DNA from: Candidatus Aceula meridiana
Lineage (GTDB): Bacteria; Omnitrophota; Gorgyraeia; Zapsychrales; Aceulaceae
NCBI GenBank assembly: GCA_030765185.1
Contig: JAVCDE010000024.1
Coordinates: forward strand, 187,538-251,537
Direction: 5' to 3'
DNA length: 64,000 nucleotides
In this document: piece after piece, positions 1 to 12,069 of the stretch
Layout of the letters: the number at the start of each line of letters is the position of its first letter
Position numbering within the stretch: the first letter of the stretch is position 1
The notes under the pieces: generated by a model
Databases searched by the model: none
Told to the model about the DNA's origin: nothing
What the model saw: the letters and a program-made list of their open reading frames with translations, nothing else
Translations under genes and position numbers: made by a program

Positions 1-952
1 AGGCACCAGTTTTAAAAGCTTCAAGATATTGATTGTAGATTTCTTGCTTGATTGCAGGATCTTCAGTATTAATGCCTTGGGTTTTCTTCTGGTCTACATA
101 GACCTTTCCTAAAAGACTTTGCTTTAAGGTCTCTTTAAACCAATTAGCAAGAATAAGAGAATTGTAGATTTGACGTAGTTGTGCAAAATGTTTACCAAAA
201 TTGACTTCTTTTTCAATTTCAGGGATAACAATGTCTCGGATAATGGCTGTGGAGATAGCATTGTTTGATTCTTTGACTTTGATATTTTTGTTGCTACTTA
301 AAGCCACGTAGTCCTCTTCAAGCATAACTTTTAGAGAGCTCTCTGTGACAAAGACACGATTTCCATGCTCATAAACTGTGGCTTTACCCGGCAAGATCCA
401 AACCTTGTGGAAGGTCTCTGTAGAAATTTCAGTAGTACCGAACTTCTCAAAGGATTTTTTGTAGACTTTGTCCCAGAACTTCTTTCCGAGTTCATCTTCA
501 GGGTAGAGGACAGATGCCATCAATTGCTTTAACATGTAATCTTCAGCTAAAAGGTCTCGGCCTAATTCTGTGGTAGATAAGGTATCTTCAATGATGCGGT
601 CTTTTTCATAAGGAGAAAGATTGACCCATAAATCATTCTCCGGCATGGTTAAAGATGCCAAAAAGTATCTAATTAGTTTTTCAGCCTCTGCCTTTAACGC
701 TTCTCCTTGAAGATTGTCTTCGCCGGAGTTGACAAAAAAGTTAAATTGAAACGGATTGTCAGGATTGATTTCAAGACCTTTGATAATAGGCGGAGCAAAT
801 GCCGGCGTTATACCTATCATCGTGCCCGGGGCAGGAAGCGCAAGAGCTTGCGCAAAACCCTGTGTTGGCAAGATGAAGTTACCTAAAAAGGCAATAGTGA
901 TAATGAAGCTGACAGTCTTTCGACAGCGTGGCTGGGTTTTAAAAGTAAACAT
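1..952 (-). CDS. 5' part (runs off the window) of a large exported protein, paralog of 41749-47838 (family member A)
   Basis: Hand translation from ATG at 952 (RBS AAGGAG at 960-965): MFTFKTQPRCRKTVSFIITIAFLGNFILPTQGFAQALALPAPGTM...NPFQFNFFVNSGED...LIRYFLASLTMPENDLWVNLSPYEKDRII...KVMLEEDY...IYNQYLEAFKTGA. It is colinear with aa 1-330 of the 2029-aa ORF and open to the window edge. Absent from the ORF track. Confidence 0.93.
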   Translation of the reverse strand, partial: MFTFKTQPRCRKTVSFIITIAFLGNFILPTQGFAQALALPAPGTMIGITPAFAPPIIKGLEINPDNPFQFNFFVNSGEDNLQGEALKAEAEKLIRYFLASLTMPENDLWVNLSPYEKDRIIEDTLSTTELGRDLLAEDYMLKQLMASVLYPEDELGKKFWDKVYKKSFEKFGTTEISTETFHKVWILPGKATVYEHGNRVFVTESSLKVMLEEDYVALSSNKNIKVKESNNAISTAIIRDIVIPEIEKEVNFGKHFAQLRQIYNSLILANWFKETLKQSLLGKVYVDQKKTQGINTEDPAIKQEIYNQYLEAFKTGA

Positions 953-959
953 GGGTCGA

Positions 960-1026
960 CTCCTTTGGATGAGCGCGTGTTTTACGAAAGCTAAAACAAC
1001 GTAAATCATCTACGCGAATTAATTCC
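960..1026 (-). repeat. Structured leader element, copy 1 (homologous to 60498-60564)
   Basis: + strand CTCCTT-tgg-ATGAGCGC-gtgtt-TTACGAAA-N8-AACGT-aaaTCA-N6-CGAATTAATTCC. The same blocks occur in the same order and at similar spacing at 60498-60564. Confidence 0.7.
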
Positions 1027-1172
1027 GTTCTTTGCAAAACAAAAAATCGGATAAATGACTATATCTTTGTTTGCGTATTTTCACTCTTTTCTACAGTTTC
1101 TTTAAAAATAGATAACCGTGACGAGTTGAAATAATCGAAAAATACTGCTGATATATATAATTAAAATGATTA

Positions 1173-1186
1173 TGAAAGCGCTTTCC
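1173..1186. promoter_or_regulatory. LacI-family (cre-like) palindromic operator downstream of the member A promoter
   Basis: TGAAAGCGCTTTCC with a perfect 12-bp palindrome GAAAGCGCTTTC. A counterpart sits at the same offset at 47911-47922. Confidence 0.6.
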
Positions 1187-1204
1187 TTGAGGAAACTTAT
1201 AGAA

Positions 1205-1232
1205 AGGATAGCATACATGAGAGAAATTACAA
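1205..1232 (-). promoter_or_regulatory. Sigma70-type promoter of family member A
   Basis: TTGTAA-16 nt-TATCCT with extended -10 TG (GTATGCTATCCT). Conserved upstream of the paralog at 47942-47969. Confidence 0.65.
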
Positions 1233-1358
1233 GAGTAAGCAAAAATCTCAAAGATTATATAAATATATGGTATATAACACTTTATAGAATTATAAAAAAA
1301 ACTTCTAGATAAATAATTTTTTTTGTTCTAAGTGTAGCGCTTGAAAAGACTTTTGTTC

Positions 1359-2150
1359 CTAATAAAGTCCATAACCGCTCATAATCCATGCAATAAGCGG
1401 CTGCGAAAAGAAAAGCGCAATAATGGCCCCAATGGCCAAAAATGGGCCATAAGGAATAAGGCTTTCCTTCGTGCGGATTTTGACAATGATTCCAAAAATA
1501 GCTCCAAAGAAAGGAGCGATAAAAAAAGCTAGCAGCGCAGATTGCCAACCTAAAAAAGCACCGATCATAGCCATAAGCTTAACATCTCCCCCGCCCATGG
1601 ATTCTTTTTTAAAAATAAAGTCACCGATAAGTCCCATAATATAGATTGAACCACCGCCAACTAAAATACCAACGAGAGATCTTACACCTCCCCAAAGAAA
1701 ACTATCTGTACCATGTAACTGAGGAATAAGAATGCTAAGAATAAGCCCAACAGCAGCCCCGCCGATGCTAATCTCATCCGGAATAATGCGGTGTTCGATA
1801 TCAACAAACGTTGCGACAATAAGCCCGGAAACCATAATAAGATATGGTATCAATATCGCGTTAGGACCAAAATAACCATAAAGAACAACAAAAGAACAAG
1901 CAGCAAGAAGTTCGATTAAAAAATAACGAAAAGAAATTTTTGTACCACAAAAACGGCATTTGCCACGCAGCACAATAAAACTAACAAAAGGAATATTATC
2001 ATACCAAGGAATTGTTTTCTTACATTTAACGCAATGAGATCGTGGCGTAACGACAGATTTTTCATGCGGCATGCGAACGATGCAGACATTTAAAAAACTT
2101 CCGATAATAGCACCAAATATAAAAACCAGAATTGCACAGATATCTATCAC
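1359..2150 (-). CDS. pilD: Prepilin peptidase (A24)
   Basis: GSFLNVCI, CxxC pairs (CVKC, CRFC), DIEHRIIPD, MGGGDVKL, IPYGPFL motifs; multi-TM. Confidence 0.93.
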   Translation of the reverse strand: MIDICAILVFIFGAIIGSFLNVCIVRMPHEKSVVTPRSHCVKCKKTIPWYDNIPFVSFIVLRGKCRFCGTKISFRYFLIELLAACSFVVLYGYFGPNAILIPYLIMVSGLIVATFVDIEHRIIPDEISIGGAAVGLILSILIPQLHGTDSFLWGGVRSLVGILVGGGSIYIMGLIGDFIFKKESMGGGDVKLMAMIGAFLGWQSALLAFFIAPFFGAIFGIIVKIRTKESLIPYGPFLAIGAIIALFFSQPLIAWIMSGYGLY

Positions 2151-2151
2151 T

Positions 2152-3021
2152 TTATTTTCCTTTCAGTCTGTCGACAAGGGCTTGCTTCATCTTATCTTTT
2201 ATCTCATCAGGCAACTCAATTTCTGCCCAATGCTGAAAAGCCAATACACCTTGATAAAAAAGCATGCCTAAGCCATTTGACGTCTTGGCCCCACGGACGG
2301 CGGCCATTTTTAAAAGTTTGGTTTCTGCCGGATTATAAACTAAATCATAAACAAACATGTTAGGATGCAACAGTTCTTCTTCAATCAAAGCAGGATCGCT
2401 TGTCTTTAAGCCAATGGGTGTTGCGTTAATTAAAATATCTGAAAGTTCAATATTCAAGTCATCAATGCTTTGGGCAATCTCAACAATGCTAAGATCTAAA
2501 TTCTCTCGTAATTCCTGGACGAGTGTCTCGGCCTTTTCGCGCTCACTGTCAAAAATCTTAATAAGCTTCGGCCTCTCAGGAATCATGCAAAGTGTTGAAA
2601 GCACAGCCCGCGCTGCACCTCCAGCTCCTAAAATTGCAACGCGCTTATCTTTTATGTTAACTCCAAGCTCTGTAAAGTGTGCTAAAAAACCCGGGCCATC
2701 AGTATTCAGGCCAATTAATTTCCGATCCTTATCAATAACAATGGTATTAACAGCTTTAACTTTTTGTGCGTATGGATTAAGAGAATCTAAATAGGAAATA
2801 ACAGCTTCTTTATAAGGAACAGTAACATTCAGCCCAAAAATTGGGCTTTCTTCTTTTTTTAATTCCTGAAAAAAATGATCAAGGTGATCTTCTTGCAGAG
2901 GAAGAAGTTTATAGGTCGCCTGAAGGCCCAGGGCTTTAAAAGCTGTATTATGCATTACAGGCGATAGACTATGTCCTAGCGGAAAGCCTATCAGCCCGTA
3001 AGTTGAGATACGTTGAGTCAT
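2152..3021 (-). CDS. aroE: Shikimate dehydrogenase
   Basis: GHSLSP, NVTVPYK, AVNT, NTDG, GAGGAA, NATPIG, GLGML motifs. Confidence 0.95.
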   Translation of the reverse strand: MTQRISTYGLIGFPLGHSLSPVMHNTAFKALGLQATYKLLPLQEDHLDHFFQELKKEESPIFGLNVTVPYKEAVISYLDSLNPYAQKVKAVNTIVIDKDRKLIGLNTDGPGFLAHFTELGVNIKDKRVAILGAGGAARAVLSTLCMIPERPKLIKIFDSEREKAETLVQELRENLDLSIVEIAQSIDDLNIELSDILINATPIGLKTSDPALIEEELLHPNMFVYDLVYNPAETKLLKMAAVRGAKTSNGLGMLFYQGVLAFQHWAEIELPDEIKDKMKQALVDRLKGK

Positions 3022-3025
3022 AAAG

Positions 3026-4546
3026 TTATTTGGCCTGTTGCGCGATCATCTTATTAATGGCATTCAAATATGCCTTGGCAGATGCCTCTAAGATGTCAGT
3101 TGACGCGCCATGTCCGATGTATTTTTTATCTTTAAGCTTTACCTTAACAGTTACCTCGCCTAAAGCATCTTTTCCGCGTGTAACCGATTGAATCGAGTAA
3201 TCTAAAAGCTCACCTTTGCCTTTGGCGATCTTCTCAATAGCTTTATAGCAGGCATCGACAGGACCATCTCCCGATGAACTAGCCTCACTTGCCTTGCCTT
3301 TTGATTTGATAACCACCGTCGCCTTAGGAGCGATTTTTGTACCACTCGTTACGACCAAGCTTACCAATTGCCATGTCTTTGGAACAAGCTTAGTTTCATC
3401 CTCAGCAATGGCAATCAAGTCTTCATCAAAAACTTGTTTCTTTTTATCAGCCACTAATTTAAACCTATCAAAAGCATGATCTAAAGCATCGTCTTTTAAA
3501 TTAATTCCTAAAGATTTTAAACGTACGCGAAAAGCGTGTCGCCCAGAATGCTTTCCTAAAACCAATCCGGTCTCAACAAAGCCGACATCTTCAGGCTTCA
3601 TAATTTCATAAGTTGTGCGTTCTTTTAAAACACCATCTTGATGGATACCCGCCTCATGACGAAAAGCATTGGCTCCAACAATGGCTTTGTTCGGAGCAAC
3701 AACAAACCCTGAATACTTGCTAACCAAGCGTGATGCGCGACAAATTTCTCGTGTTTTAATATTTGTAGTGCATCCATAATAATCATTGCGGGTTTGAAGC
3801 GCCATAACAATTTCTTCTACAGCAGCGTTGCCGGCTCGCTCGCCGATACCGTTAACTGTGCATTCGACTTGCCTAGCACCATTTTTAATTGCTGCCAAAG
3901 AATTGGCAGCTGCCAGCCCTAGATCATTATGGCAGTGAACAGAAATAACAGCTTTGTTAATGTTCGGGACATTGTTTTTAATATCCGTAATTAATTGTCC
4001 GAACTCGCTTGGAACTCCATATCCAACAGTGTCAGGAATATTAACCGTCTTGGCACCGGCTTTGATGACTGCCTCAACAACACTAAACAAAAAATCTTTG
4101 TCGGTTCTTGAAGCGTCCTCAGGCGAAAACTCAATATCATCATTTTTTGTTCTCGCATAACGAACAGCATCAACCGCCATCTTTAAAATTTCTTCTTTGG
4201 TGCGTTTAAATTTATACTGAAGATGAATTTTCGACGTTGCCAAAAAGACATGAATACGTGAACTCTTAGCCGCTTTAACAGCATCGGCACACGCGTCGAT
4301 ATCCTTTTTTATGGAACGTGCCAAACCGCAAACAGTTGAATTTTTAATATGCTTGGCTACGCTTTTGACAGAATTAAAATCCCCTTTTGAAATAACAGGG
4401 AATCCAGCTTCAATAATATCAACTCCTAAGCGCTCCAAAGTAAAAGCGACGTCCAACTTTTCCTTTTCGTTCATGCTAGCACCTGGTGCTTGCTCGCCGT
4501 CACGCAAAGTAGTGTCGAATATATATACTTTATCTTTTTTACTCAT
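3026..4546 (-). CDS. leuA: 2-isopropylmalate synthase
   Basis: [33 protein letters not shown] and a C-terminal regulatory domain. Confidence 0.95.
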   Translation of the reverse strand: MSKKDKVYIFDTTLRDGEQAPGASMNEKEKLDVAFTLERLGVDIIEAGFPVISKGDFNSVKSVAKHIKNSTVCGLARSIKKDIDACADAVKAAKSSRIHVFLATSKIHLQYKFKRTKEEILKMAVDAVRYARTKNDDIEFSPEDASRTDKDFLFSVVEAVIKAGAKTVNIPDTVGYGVPSEFGQLITDIKNNVPNINKAVISVHCHNDLGLAAANSLAAIKNGARQVECTVNGIGERAGNAAVEEIVMALQTRNDYYGCTTNIKTREICRASRLVSKYSGFVVAPNKAIVGANAFRHEAGIHQDGVLKERTTYEIMKPEDVGFVETGLVLGKHSGRHAFRVRLKSLGINLKDDALDHAFDRFKLVADKKKQVFDEDLIAIAEDETKLVPKTWQLVSLVVTSGTKIAPKATVVIKSKGKASEASSSGDGPVDACYKAIEKIAKGKGELLDYSIQSVTRGKDALGEVTVKVKLKDKKYIGHGASTDILEASAKAYLNAINKMIAQQAK

Positions 4547-4571
4547 AATAGTTACCTCTTCATACAGAAAA

Positions 4572-5561
4572 CTATTTCATCCAAGGCATCATGCCGCGAA
4601 GATCACGTCCTACCTTCTCAATAGGATGTGCATCCGCGTCTTTTCTCATTTGGATAAAATTTGGTCTTCCTTTTTTATTCTCACGAATCCATTCTCTAGC
4701 AAATTTGCCGGTTTGGATATCTGTAAGCATTTTTTTCATTGTTTTGCGCGTCTTATCAGTAACAACTTTTTTACCACGGGAAAGATCGCCATATTCAGCG
4801 GTATCTGAAACGCGCTTTCTCATTCCTTGAATGCCTGTCTTATAAATAAGATCTGTAATGAGCTTGAGCTCATGGAGACATTCAAAGTAAGCAATTTCTG
4901 GCTGGTATCCAGCTTCAACAAGGGTATCATACCCTGCCTTGATTAACTCGCTTGCACCGCCACAGAGAACTGCTTGCTCGCCGAAGAGGTCTGTTTCGGT
5001 TTCTTCTTTAAAAGTTGTTTCAATGACACCTGCACGAGCCCCACCAATACCATTAGCATAAGCTAAAGCAGTTTTTAAGGCATTGCCTGTAGCATCCTGA
5101 TGAATAGCAACGAGACATGGAACACCTTTGCCCTCTTCATATTGGCTTCGAACCAAAGCGCCCGGGCCTTTAGGAGCAACCATAAAAACATCCACATCAG
5201 CAGGTGCAACAATTTGATCAAAATGAATATTAAATCCATGAGAAAAAACCAAAGAATCTCCTGCCTTTAGATTTCTTTTGATGGACTTGCGGTAAACAAG
5301 AGCCTGAACATGATCTTGTGTTAAAATCTGGATAACGTCTGCTTTTTTTGCAGCCTTTTTTGCATCCATTGGAGCAAAACCATCTTCGACAGCTTTTCTA
5401 AAATTTTCTGTATCCTCAAGCTCACTAACAATAACTTTAAGGCCACTATCACGCAGGTTAAGCGCTTGTCCTCTGCCTTGAATGCCATAGCCGATGATTG
5501 CGATAGTTTTATCTTGGATAAATTTTAAATCTGTATCTTTTTCATAATAAATCTTTGCCAT
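4572..5561 (-). CDS. ilvC: Ketol-acid reductoisomerase
   Basis: [28 protein letters not shown]. Start moved to ATG 5561 (MAKIYY), which follows a GGAGG RBS. Confidence 0.95.
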   Translation of the reverse strand: MAKIYYEKDTDLKFIQDKTIAIIGYGIQGRGQALNLRDSGLKVIVSELEDTENFRKAVEDGFAPMDAKKAAKKADVIQILTQDHVQALVYRKSIKRNLKAGDSLVFSHGFNIHFDQIVAPADVDVFMVAPKGPGALVRSQYEEGKGVPCLVAIHQDATGNALKTALAYANGIGGARAGVIETTFKEETETDLFGEQAVLCGGASELIKAGYDTLVEAGYQPEIAYFECLHELKLITDLIYKTGIQGMRKRVSDTAEYGDLSRGKKVVTDKTRKTMKKMLTDIQTGKFAREWIRENKKGRPNFIQMRKDADAHPIEKVGRDLRGMMPWMK

Positions 5562-5652
5562 TTTTTCCTCCTTTTTCTTCAGGGAAAAATTTAAATATCT
5601 TCTCCGAAGGTTCGTCCTTAAAGCCAACGACTTTAGGATTTTGGTTATTGTT

Positions 5653-6627
5653 TTAAGTCAACGTTTTAATTAAATTACAATATTCATCAATCGGAACGAT
5701 ACTCATGGTGCAAGCCTGTCCGAGCTCAACAATATTTATTTTATTTTGCAAAACTCCTACAGCGCGTCCGTGTTCTCCTCTTAGAAGACAATCAACAGAA
5801 GCAGCCCCTAGACGTGTAGCTAGAATGCGGTCTGGTGCCGTGGGAGACCCTCCTCTTTGAATATGCCCTAAGACAACGTAACGGCTTTCAAATTTTGTAA
5901 TTTCTATTACTTTTTCAGAAACTTGATGGGCTTTGCCGGCACCCTCGGCAACAACAATAATCCAACTGATTTTCCCAATGTCATGACCTTTTTTAATCCC
6001 CTCATATAGTTTCTGATAATCAAATTTTCGTTCTGGGATAATGACATCTTCTGCGCCAGCGCCAAGAGCTACTTGCAAAGCAATATAGCCGGAATGATGC
6101 CCCATGACCTCAACAACAAAAATGCGTTCCATGCTGTGGCCTGTGTCACGAATTTTGTCAATAGCCTCAAGGGCCGTATTAACCGCTGTGTGGCAACCGA
6201 TGGTCTGATCTGTTCCGTAGATGTCATTATCAATCGTGCCAGGAAGGCCCACTGTCGGAATCTTCCACTTCGAGTAGAGATCGTGGGCTCCCGCATAGCT
6301 GCCATCACCACCGATAACAACTAAGGCGTCGACATTATATTTCTTAAGAGTTGCAACTGCTTTTTTCTGCCCTTCCGCTTCTTTAAATCGCGGTGAGCGT
6401 GCAGTTTTTAAGAACGTGCCTCCCTTATCAATAATATTGGCAACCGAGCGATGATTAAGTTCAACAGCATTATCATCGATCAGGCCTTCATAACCGCGAA
6501 TAAATCCTGTCACTCCAAGTCCATGATGAACAGCGCTGCGCACAACAGCGCGAATCGCAGCATTCATGCCTGGTCCGTCACCACCAGATGTTAAAACACC
6601 TATTTTTTTAATTTGTTTATCAGCCAT
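5653..6627 (-). CDS. pfkA: ATP-dependent 6-phosphofructokinase
   Basis: [34 protein letters not shown] motifs. Confidence 0.93.
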   Translation of the reverse strand: MADKQIKKIGVLTSGGDGPGMNAAIRAVVRSAVHHGLGVTGFIRGYEGLIDDNAVELNHRSVANIIDKGGTFLKTARSPRFKEAEGQKKAVATLKKYNVDALVVIGGDGSYAGAHDLYSKWKIPTVGLPGTIDNDIYGTDQTIGCHTAVNTALEAIDKIRDTGHSMERIFVVEVMGHHSGYIALQVALGAGAEDVIIPERKFDYQKLYEGIKKGHDIGKISWIIVVAEGAGKAHQVSEKVIEITKFESRYVVLGHIQRGGSPTAPDRILATRLGAASVDCLLRGEHGRAVGVLQNKINIVELGQACTMSIVPIDEYCNLIKTLT

Positions 6628-6639
6628 GATATCCTCTTT

Positions 6640-8049
6640 CTAATATCGATAATGTTCTGGCTTGTAAGGGCCTTCAACAGGATACCCAATATATTTTGCC
6701 TGTTCCTCAGTCATCTTGGTTAATTTTACCCCAATTTGATCAAGATGAAGGCGGGCAACTTCTTCATCAAGTTCTTTCGGTAAGCGATACACACCAATTT
6801 CATAATTTTTAGTCCACAACTCAATTTGCGCCAATGTCTGATTTGTAAAAGAATTACTCATAACAAATGACGGGTGGCCTGTGGCACATCCTAAATTAAC
6901 GAGACGTCCTTCTGCTAATAAAATAATCGAATGGCCATCGGCAAAATAATACTGGTCAACCTGCGGCTTCACATTAACTTTCTTAATACCTTTTAAAGCC
7001 TCAAGCTTAGAAACTTGAATCTCATTATCAAAATGGCCAATGTTACAGACGATAGCACCGTCTTTCATTTTTTCCATATCTTGAGCCGTAATAATATCAC
7101 GGTTTCCTGTTGTTGTTACATAGATGTCCCCGATATCCAAGGCATCTTGAAGAACTTTAACTTCAAAACCCTCCATAGCGGCTTGAAGTGCACAGATAGG
7201 GTCAATCTCGGTAATGATAACGCGTGCTCCGTAGCTTCGCATTGAGCGCGCGGATCCTTTGCCCACATCGCCATAACCGCAAACTACAATGACTTTCCCG
7301 GCGATCATAATATCCGTGGCACGCTTGATACCATCGGCCAATGATTCGCGGCAGCCGTAAAGATTATCAAACTTTGATTTAGTAACAGAATCATTAACAT
7401 TAAAGGCCGGAAACAATAATTTCTTTTCTTCAAGCATTTGATAAAGGCGGTGAACACCGGTTGTCGTTTCCTCAGAAACGCCTTTAATCTCTTTAGCAAT
7501 TTTATGCCAAAACTGCTTATCTTCTTTTAAGGTTTCCTTTAAAATACCAAAAAGCTCGACCTCATCTTCGATATCAATTTTTGCGTCTAAGACAGAAGGA
7601 TTGTCTTCGGCTTCACAGCCTTTATGTATCATCAAGGTTGCATCTCCACCGTCATCGACAATCAAATTCGGGCCAAGGCCACCCGAAAAAACTAGCGCCT
7701 TTTGAGTACACCACCAATATTCTTTTAATGTTTCGCCTTTCCAAGCAAAAACAGGAACGCCTAAATCAGCAATGGCTGCAGCTGCATGGTCTTGTGTTGA
7801 GAAAATATTGCAACTTGCCCAACGAACTTGAGCACCTAAAGAAAGCAACGTCTTGATCAACACGGCGGTCTGAATAGTCATGTGTAGCGACCCTGTAATG
7901 CGTGCATCTTTTAAAGGTTTTTGGCCTGCATATTTCTTCTGAAGAGCCATCAAGCCTGGCATTTCCTTCTCGGCGAGCTCAATTTCTTTGTGCCCGAAAG
8001 CAGTCAAAGACATATCTTTAACTTTGAAATCTTGAAATTTCGATGTCAT
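6640..8049 (-). CDS. ahcY: Adenosylhomocysteinase
   Basis: [47 protein letters not shown]-terminal YRY. Confidence 0.97.
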   Translation of the reverse strand: MTSKFQDFKVKDMSLTAFGHKEIELAEKEMPGLMALQKKYAGQKPLKDARITGSLHMTIQTAVLIKTLLSLGAQVRWASCNIFSTQDHAAAAIADLGVPVFAWKGETLKEYWWCTQKALVFSGGLGPNLIVDDGGDATLMIHKGCEAEDNPSVLDAKIDIEDEVELFGILKETLKEDKQFWHKIAKEIKGVSEETTTGVHRLYQMLEEKKLLFPAFNVNDSVTKSKFDNLYGCRESLADGIKRATDIMIAGKVIVVCGYGDVGKGSARSMRSYGARVIITEIDPICALQAAMEGFEVKVLQDALDIGDIYVTTTGNRDIITAQDMEKMKDGAIVCNIGHFDNEIQVSKLEALKGIKKVNVKPQVDQYYFADGHSIILLAEGRLVNLGCATGHPSFVMSNSFTNQTLAQIELWTKNYEIGVYRLPKELDEEVARLHLDQIGVKLTKMTEEQAKYIGYPVEGPYKPEHYRY

Positions 8050-8062
8050 GTGTTATTTCCTT

Positions 8063-9220
8063 TTATTTTTTAACAGACTTTGCTAACTTTGCAGCTTTGT
8101 CAGTTTTTTCCCATGAAAAATGACCACGCCCAAAATGACCATAAGCCGCAGTTTTACGATAAATCGGCTTTAGAAGATTTAAATTCTTAATAATCCCTCG
8201 CGGCGTTAAATCAAAATTCTTCTTAACTAAAGAAACGAGTTTTTGCTCAGATACTTCTCCTGTGCCAAGCGTATCGATAGTGATACTGACAGGTTCTGCT
8301 TTACCAATAGCATAACCTAACTCAACCCAGCATTTCTTAGCAAGCTTTGCAGCAACGATATTTTTAGCAATGTATCGTGCCATGTAGGTCGCTGAACGAT
8401 CAACCTTGCTCGGATCTTTTCCGGAAAATGCCCCACCACCGTGAGAAACAACACCACCATAAGTATCAACAATGATCTTTCGTCCTGTAACACCAGTATC
8501 TGACTTTGGACCGCCGACAACGAACTTTCCAGTTTGATTTACATAATATTTTGTTTTCTTATCAAGAAGTTTTCCTAAAATCGGCTTGATAATAACATCA
8601 ATCATTTGCTTACGGGCTTTATCGGTAATCTTGTCCCCTTTTTTATTTAAAATTTCTTCGGTGTGCTGGCAGGCTAAAACAACCGCATCAATGCGAATTG
8701 GCTTTCCGTCTTTGTATTCAACGGTAACTTGACTCTTGCAATCAGGCCCTAAATATTTTAACTTTTTAGATTTTCGAACATCTTCAACACGCTTAACCAA
8801 TTTATGCGCGAGCATAATTGGCAAAGGCATCAACTCTTTTGTCTCATCGCAAGCGTAACCAATCATAATGCCTTGGTCACCGGCACCGCCTGTATCAACG
8901 CCTTGAGAAATATCAGGAGATTGGCTGACGATTGCATTTAAGATTGCGCAAGTATGGGCTGAAAAACCATATTTCTCATGGTCGTATCCAATATCTAAAA
9001 GAACATCTTTAACAAGTTTCTGAATATTGATATATGTTTTTGTTGTGATCTCTCCACCGACAACAACCAAGCCTGTTGTAATAAATGTTTCACAGGCAAC
9101 ACGTCCTTTAGGGTCTTTAGCTAATACAGCATCTAAAACTGCGTCAGAGATTTGGTCGCAAACTTTATCCGGATGTCCGTTTCCTACAGATTCAGATGTA
9201 ATAAAATATTTTCCTTTCAC
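8063..9220 (-). CDS. metK: S-adenosylmethionine synthetase
   Basis: [44 protein letters not shown]; GTG start. Confidence 0.97.
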   Translation of the reverse strand: MKGKYFITSESVGNGHPDKVCDQISDAVLDAVLAKDPKGRVACETFITTGLVVVGGEITTKTYINIQKLVKDVLLDIGYDHEKYGFSAHTCAILNAIVSQSPDISQGVDTGGAGDQGIMIGYACDETKELMPLPIMLAHKLVKRVEDVRKSKKLKYLGPDCKSQVTVEYKDGKPIRIDAVVLACQHTEEILNKKGDKITDKARKQMIDVIIKPILGKLLDKKTKYYVNQTGKFVVGGPKSDTGVTGRKIIVDTYGGVVSHGGGAFSGKDPSKVDRSATYMARYIAKNIVAAKLAKKCWVELGYAIGKAEPVSITIDTLGTGEVSEQKLVSLVKKNFDLTPRGIIKNLNLLKPIYRKTAAYGHFGRGHFSWEKTDKAAKLAKSVKK

Positions 9221-9256
9221 TTGTCTACTCCTCCTTGCAATGCACTGCTTTAATAA

Positions 9257-9997
9257 TTAATTTTTAAATTCTTCCTGTGCTTCATTATAAGCTTCGATAC
9301 TTCCGATATCATACCACTTACCTTCAAACTGAAAACCGCATAACAGGTCTTGCCCGCAGAGCCATCCAATATAATCGCCGGCACGGTCCTGCTTTCCGCC
9401 CTCTGTAATGTATTTATCAATCAAGGCCATTGTGTTTTTTGGAAAATAATACAAACACATAGCAATCAAGCTTGTTTTCGGCTCTGCTGGTTTCTCATAA
9501 AAAGAAACTACCTTTTTGTTTTCACCGATAGCGGCAACACCAAATTTACTGGCTTGCGCGATCTCCTTGATATCATAAAGCCCAACAGTTACCTTGTCAG
9601 AATTCTCACCTGAAAACTTAAGAAAATCATCTAAATCATAATCAAAAAGATTGTCGCCACCGATGACAAGAAGATCTTCTTCAATTTTTTCTTTTTCGAC
9701 AACAAACCGAATATCTCCAATCGATCCCAATCGGTCATCAGGTGTTTTTGTCCCGTCGCTTACAACTGTTAACTTAACCGGGAAATCCTTATTTTCTTTA
9801 GCCCATGCGTTAAAGATATCATAAAATTTATCATTTGTTACTGTTATGATTTCGCTAACCAAAGATGCATCTTGAAATTTCTCAATAAGATAATTTAAAA
9901 TCGGCTTTTCACTAATCGGCAAAAGCGGCTTTGGCTTCTCTTTTGTTAAAGGATAAAGTCTTGTTCCATACCCTGCAGCTAAAATAAGAACTTTCAT
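9257..9997 (-). CDS. Sugar-phosphate nucleotidyltransferase family protein
   Basis: LAAGYGTRL...KPKPLL, EKP, WYDIG. Start moved to ATG 9997 (MKVLIL). Confidence 0.85.
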   Translation of the reverse strand: MKVLILAAGYGTRLYPLTKEKPKPLLPISEKPILNYLIEKFQDASLVSEIITVTNDKFYDIFNAWAKENKDFPVKLTVVSDGTKTPDDRLGSIGDIRFVVEKEKIEEDLLVIGGDNLFDYDLDDFLKFSGENSDKVTVGLYDIKEIAQASKFGVAAIGENKKVVSFYEKPAEPKTSLIAMCLYYFPKNTMALIDKYITEGGKQDRAGDYIGWLCGQDLLCGFQFEGKWYDIGSIEAYNEAQEEFKN

Positions 9998-10001
9998 AAG
10001 A

Positions 10002-11777
10002 TTATTTCCTTGCGCTATAAATATGCGGAGCAATTTTTTTCAACTTCATCGATAAAAATTCCTCAACATAATCTCCTGTCGATAACTCGACTGCCTGCTG
10101 GGCAATCTTTTTAGCATCCTGATATTTAATGCTTCTAATTAATTTCTTAATCTGCAAAATATTTAGCGCTGACATACTAAACTCGTTTAAACCTAGGCCT
10201 AACAACAAAAGAGCTAAAATAGGCTCACTCGACATTTCTCCGCAAAGCGCCACATCGATTCCCGCTTTTTTTCCAGCTTCAATGGTCTGCTTTATAAGCC
10301 TTAAAACTGACGGATGGCCTGGCTCATAAAGATTTGCAGTCTGCTCGTTAGTACGGTCAACAGCCAAAGTATATTGAATCAAGTCATTGGTGCCGATGCT
10401 AAAGAACGCGGCCTCTTTTGCTAAAAGATCTGCTGTAATAGCTGCCGAAGGAACCTCGATCATGACACCCACCTCAAGATTAGCATTAAACGGAATCTTT
10501 TCTTTTCTAAGGTCGTCTTTGACTTCTTGCAAAAGTGCATTTGCCTCTCTCAATTCGCAGACACCGGAAATCATAGGATACATCATCTTTAAGTTTTCAT
10601 TGACCGAGGCACGCAAAATAGCCCTTAGCTGCGTCTTAAAAATTTCAGGCCTACCTAAACAAAAACGAATTGCCCGCCAACCTAAGAATGACTTCATCTC
10701 TGCCGGGAATTCAATAGAAGAAACAAACTTGTCTCCACCTAAATCCAAAGTACGGATAACAACTGGCAAAGGTGCCATTTTCTCTGCAACATATTTATAC
10801 GCTTTATACTGCTCTTCTTCGCTCGGCAACTCTTGCCTATTCATATAAAGATATTCTGTGCGGTAAAGCCCGATTCCATCACTTCCTTGCGTTAAAATCG
10901 TTGAAATCTCTTCGGGAAACTCCAGGTTAGCCATAATACGAACACGACGACCGTCTTTAGTTTCTGCTGGCAATTCTTTAATGTCATCAAACCGCGCCCT
11001 AGAGGCCTCAATTTTATCTCGTTCAATGTTATATTTGCCGTGGGTCTTTTCAGAAGGATTAACAATTAAAAGCCCTTTTCGACCATCAACAATCACGTAA
11101 TCCTGATTACTAATTTTTAATGTCGCATCTTTTAAGCCAACAACAGCCGGAATCCCTAACGATTTGGCCATAATCGCCGTATGCGATGTGCGCCCCCCGA
11201 TATCCGTTGCAAAAGCCAAAATTCTTTTGCTATACATTCCAGCAGTATCAGACGGCGAAAAATCATTCGCAACAACAATAGTCTCTTCGTCTAGCTCTTC
11301 AAGATCGTGAAGCTTTGTCTCTCCCATCAAGTTTTTCAAAACACGCTTGCTAACATCGCTAATATCACTCGTGCGGTCTCTTAAATACTCATCTTCAATT
11401 TCAGCAAAAACCTTGGCATACTTCTTCATAACCTGTGAAAAAACATACTCAACACAAAACTTTTGCTTTTTAACATTTTTAATAACTTCTTGGATAACAG
11501 TCCTGTCCTCTAAAACCAAAAGATGCGCATCAAAAATCTGCGCATGGCGAACACCCATTTCTTTGGAAATTTTTCTTTGAATGTTCAAAATTTCTTCACG
11601 CGTCTTTATAAGGGCTTCTTCGAAGCGGGCAATTTCAACAGGAATTTCTTTTTCTAGGATAATCCGAGAGGGGATAAAAACATCCTGCTTATCAAGGATA
11701 AACGCTGGGCCGCAAGCAATCCCTGGTGCTGCCGGAATGCCTTTTAAAATAACTTCTTTTTTCTTTTTCGTCGGCAT
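10002..11777 (-). CDS. ptsI: PTS enzyme I (phosphoenolpyruvate-protein phosphotransferase)
   Basis: GGRTSHTAI (phospho-His), [26 protein letters not shown]. Confidence 0.95.
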   Translation of the reverse strand: MPTKKKKEVILKGIPAAPGIACGPAFILDKQDVFIPSRIILEKEIPVEIARFEEALIKTREEILNIQRKISKEMGVRHAQIFDAHLLVLEDRTVIQEVIKNVKKQKFCVEYVFSQVMKKYAKVFAEIEDEYLRDRTSDISDVSKRVLKNLMGETKLHDLEELDEETIVVANDFSPSDTAGMYSKRILAFATDIGGRTSHTAIMAKSLGIPAVVGLKDATLKISNQDYVIVDGRKGLLIVNPSEKTHGKYNIERDKIEASRARFDDIKELPAETKDGRRVRIMANLEFPEEISTILTQGSDGIGLYRTEYLYMNRQELPSEEEQYKAYKYVAEKMAPLPVVIRTLDLGGDKFVSSIEFPAEMKSFLGWRAIRFCLGRPEIFKTQLRAILRASVNENLKMMYPMISGVCELREANALLQEVKDDLRKEKIPFNANLEVGVMIEVPSAAITADLLAKEAAFFSIGTNDLIQYTLAVDRTNEQTANLYEPGHPSVLRLIKQTIEAGKKAGIDVALCGEMSSEPILALLLLGLGLNEFSMSALNILQIKKLIRSIKYQDAKKIAQQAVELSTGDYVEEFLSMKLKKIAPHIYSARK

Positions 11778-11790
11778 ATTGTCTCCTGGC

Positions 11791-12057
11791 TTACTGGCTG
11801 GTGCTCGTTAAAAAAGCTGTCAATTCTTCACAAGCGGCTTGCGCATCATCGCCGTCGACACTAATGGTTAGCTTCGATTCCTTCTCTGCTGCAAGCATCA
11901 AAATACCCATGATCGATTTTCCATTAACCGCATCGTTTCCTTTGCGGACAATAATCTCTGAATCAAATTTTCCGGCCAATTGAACAAATAAGGCCGCCGG
12001 CCTTGCGTGCAGACCCTGATCATTTTTTATAATAATTTCTCGCTCAATTTTTGGCAT
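11791..12057 (-). CDS. ptsH: HPr phosphocarrier
   Basis: GLHARPA (His15 motif) and GKSIMG (Ser46 motif). Confidence 0.95.
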   Translation of the reverse strand: MPKIEREIIIKNDQGLHARPAALFVQLAGKFDSEIIVRKGNDAVNGKSIMGILMLAAEKESKLTISVDGDDAQAACEELTAFLTSTSQ

Positions 12058-12069
12058 AATAAATCTCTT

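Noticed and set aside
756-1004. 82-aa plus-strand ORF in the ORF track
   Set aside because: It is the antisense shadow of the real minus-strand gene starting at 952.
8050-9260. SAM/SAH riboswitch before metK or ahcY
   Set aside because: The intergenic gaps are only about 13-36 nt, too short for an aptamer.
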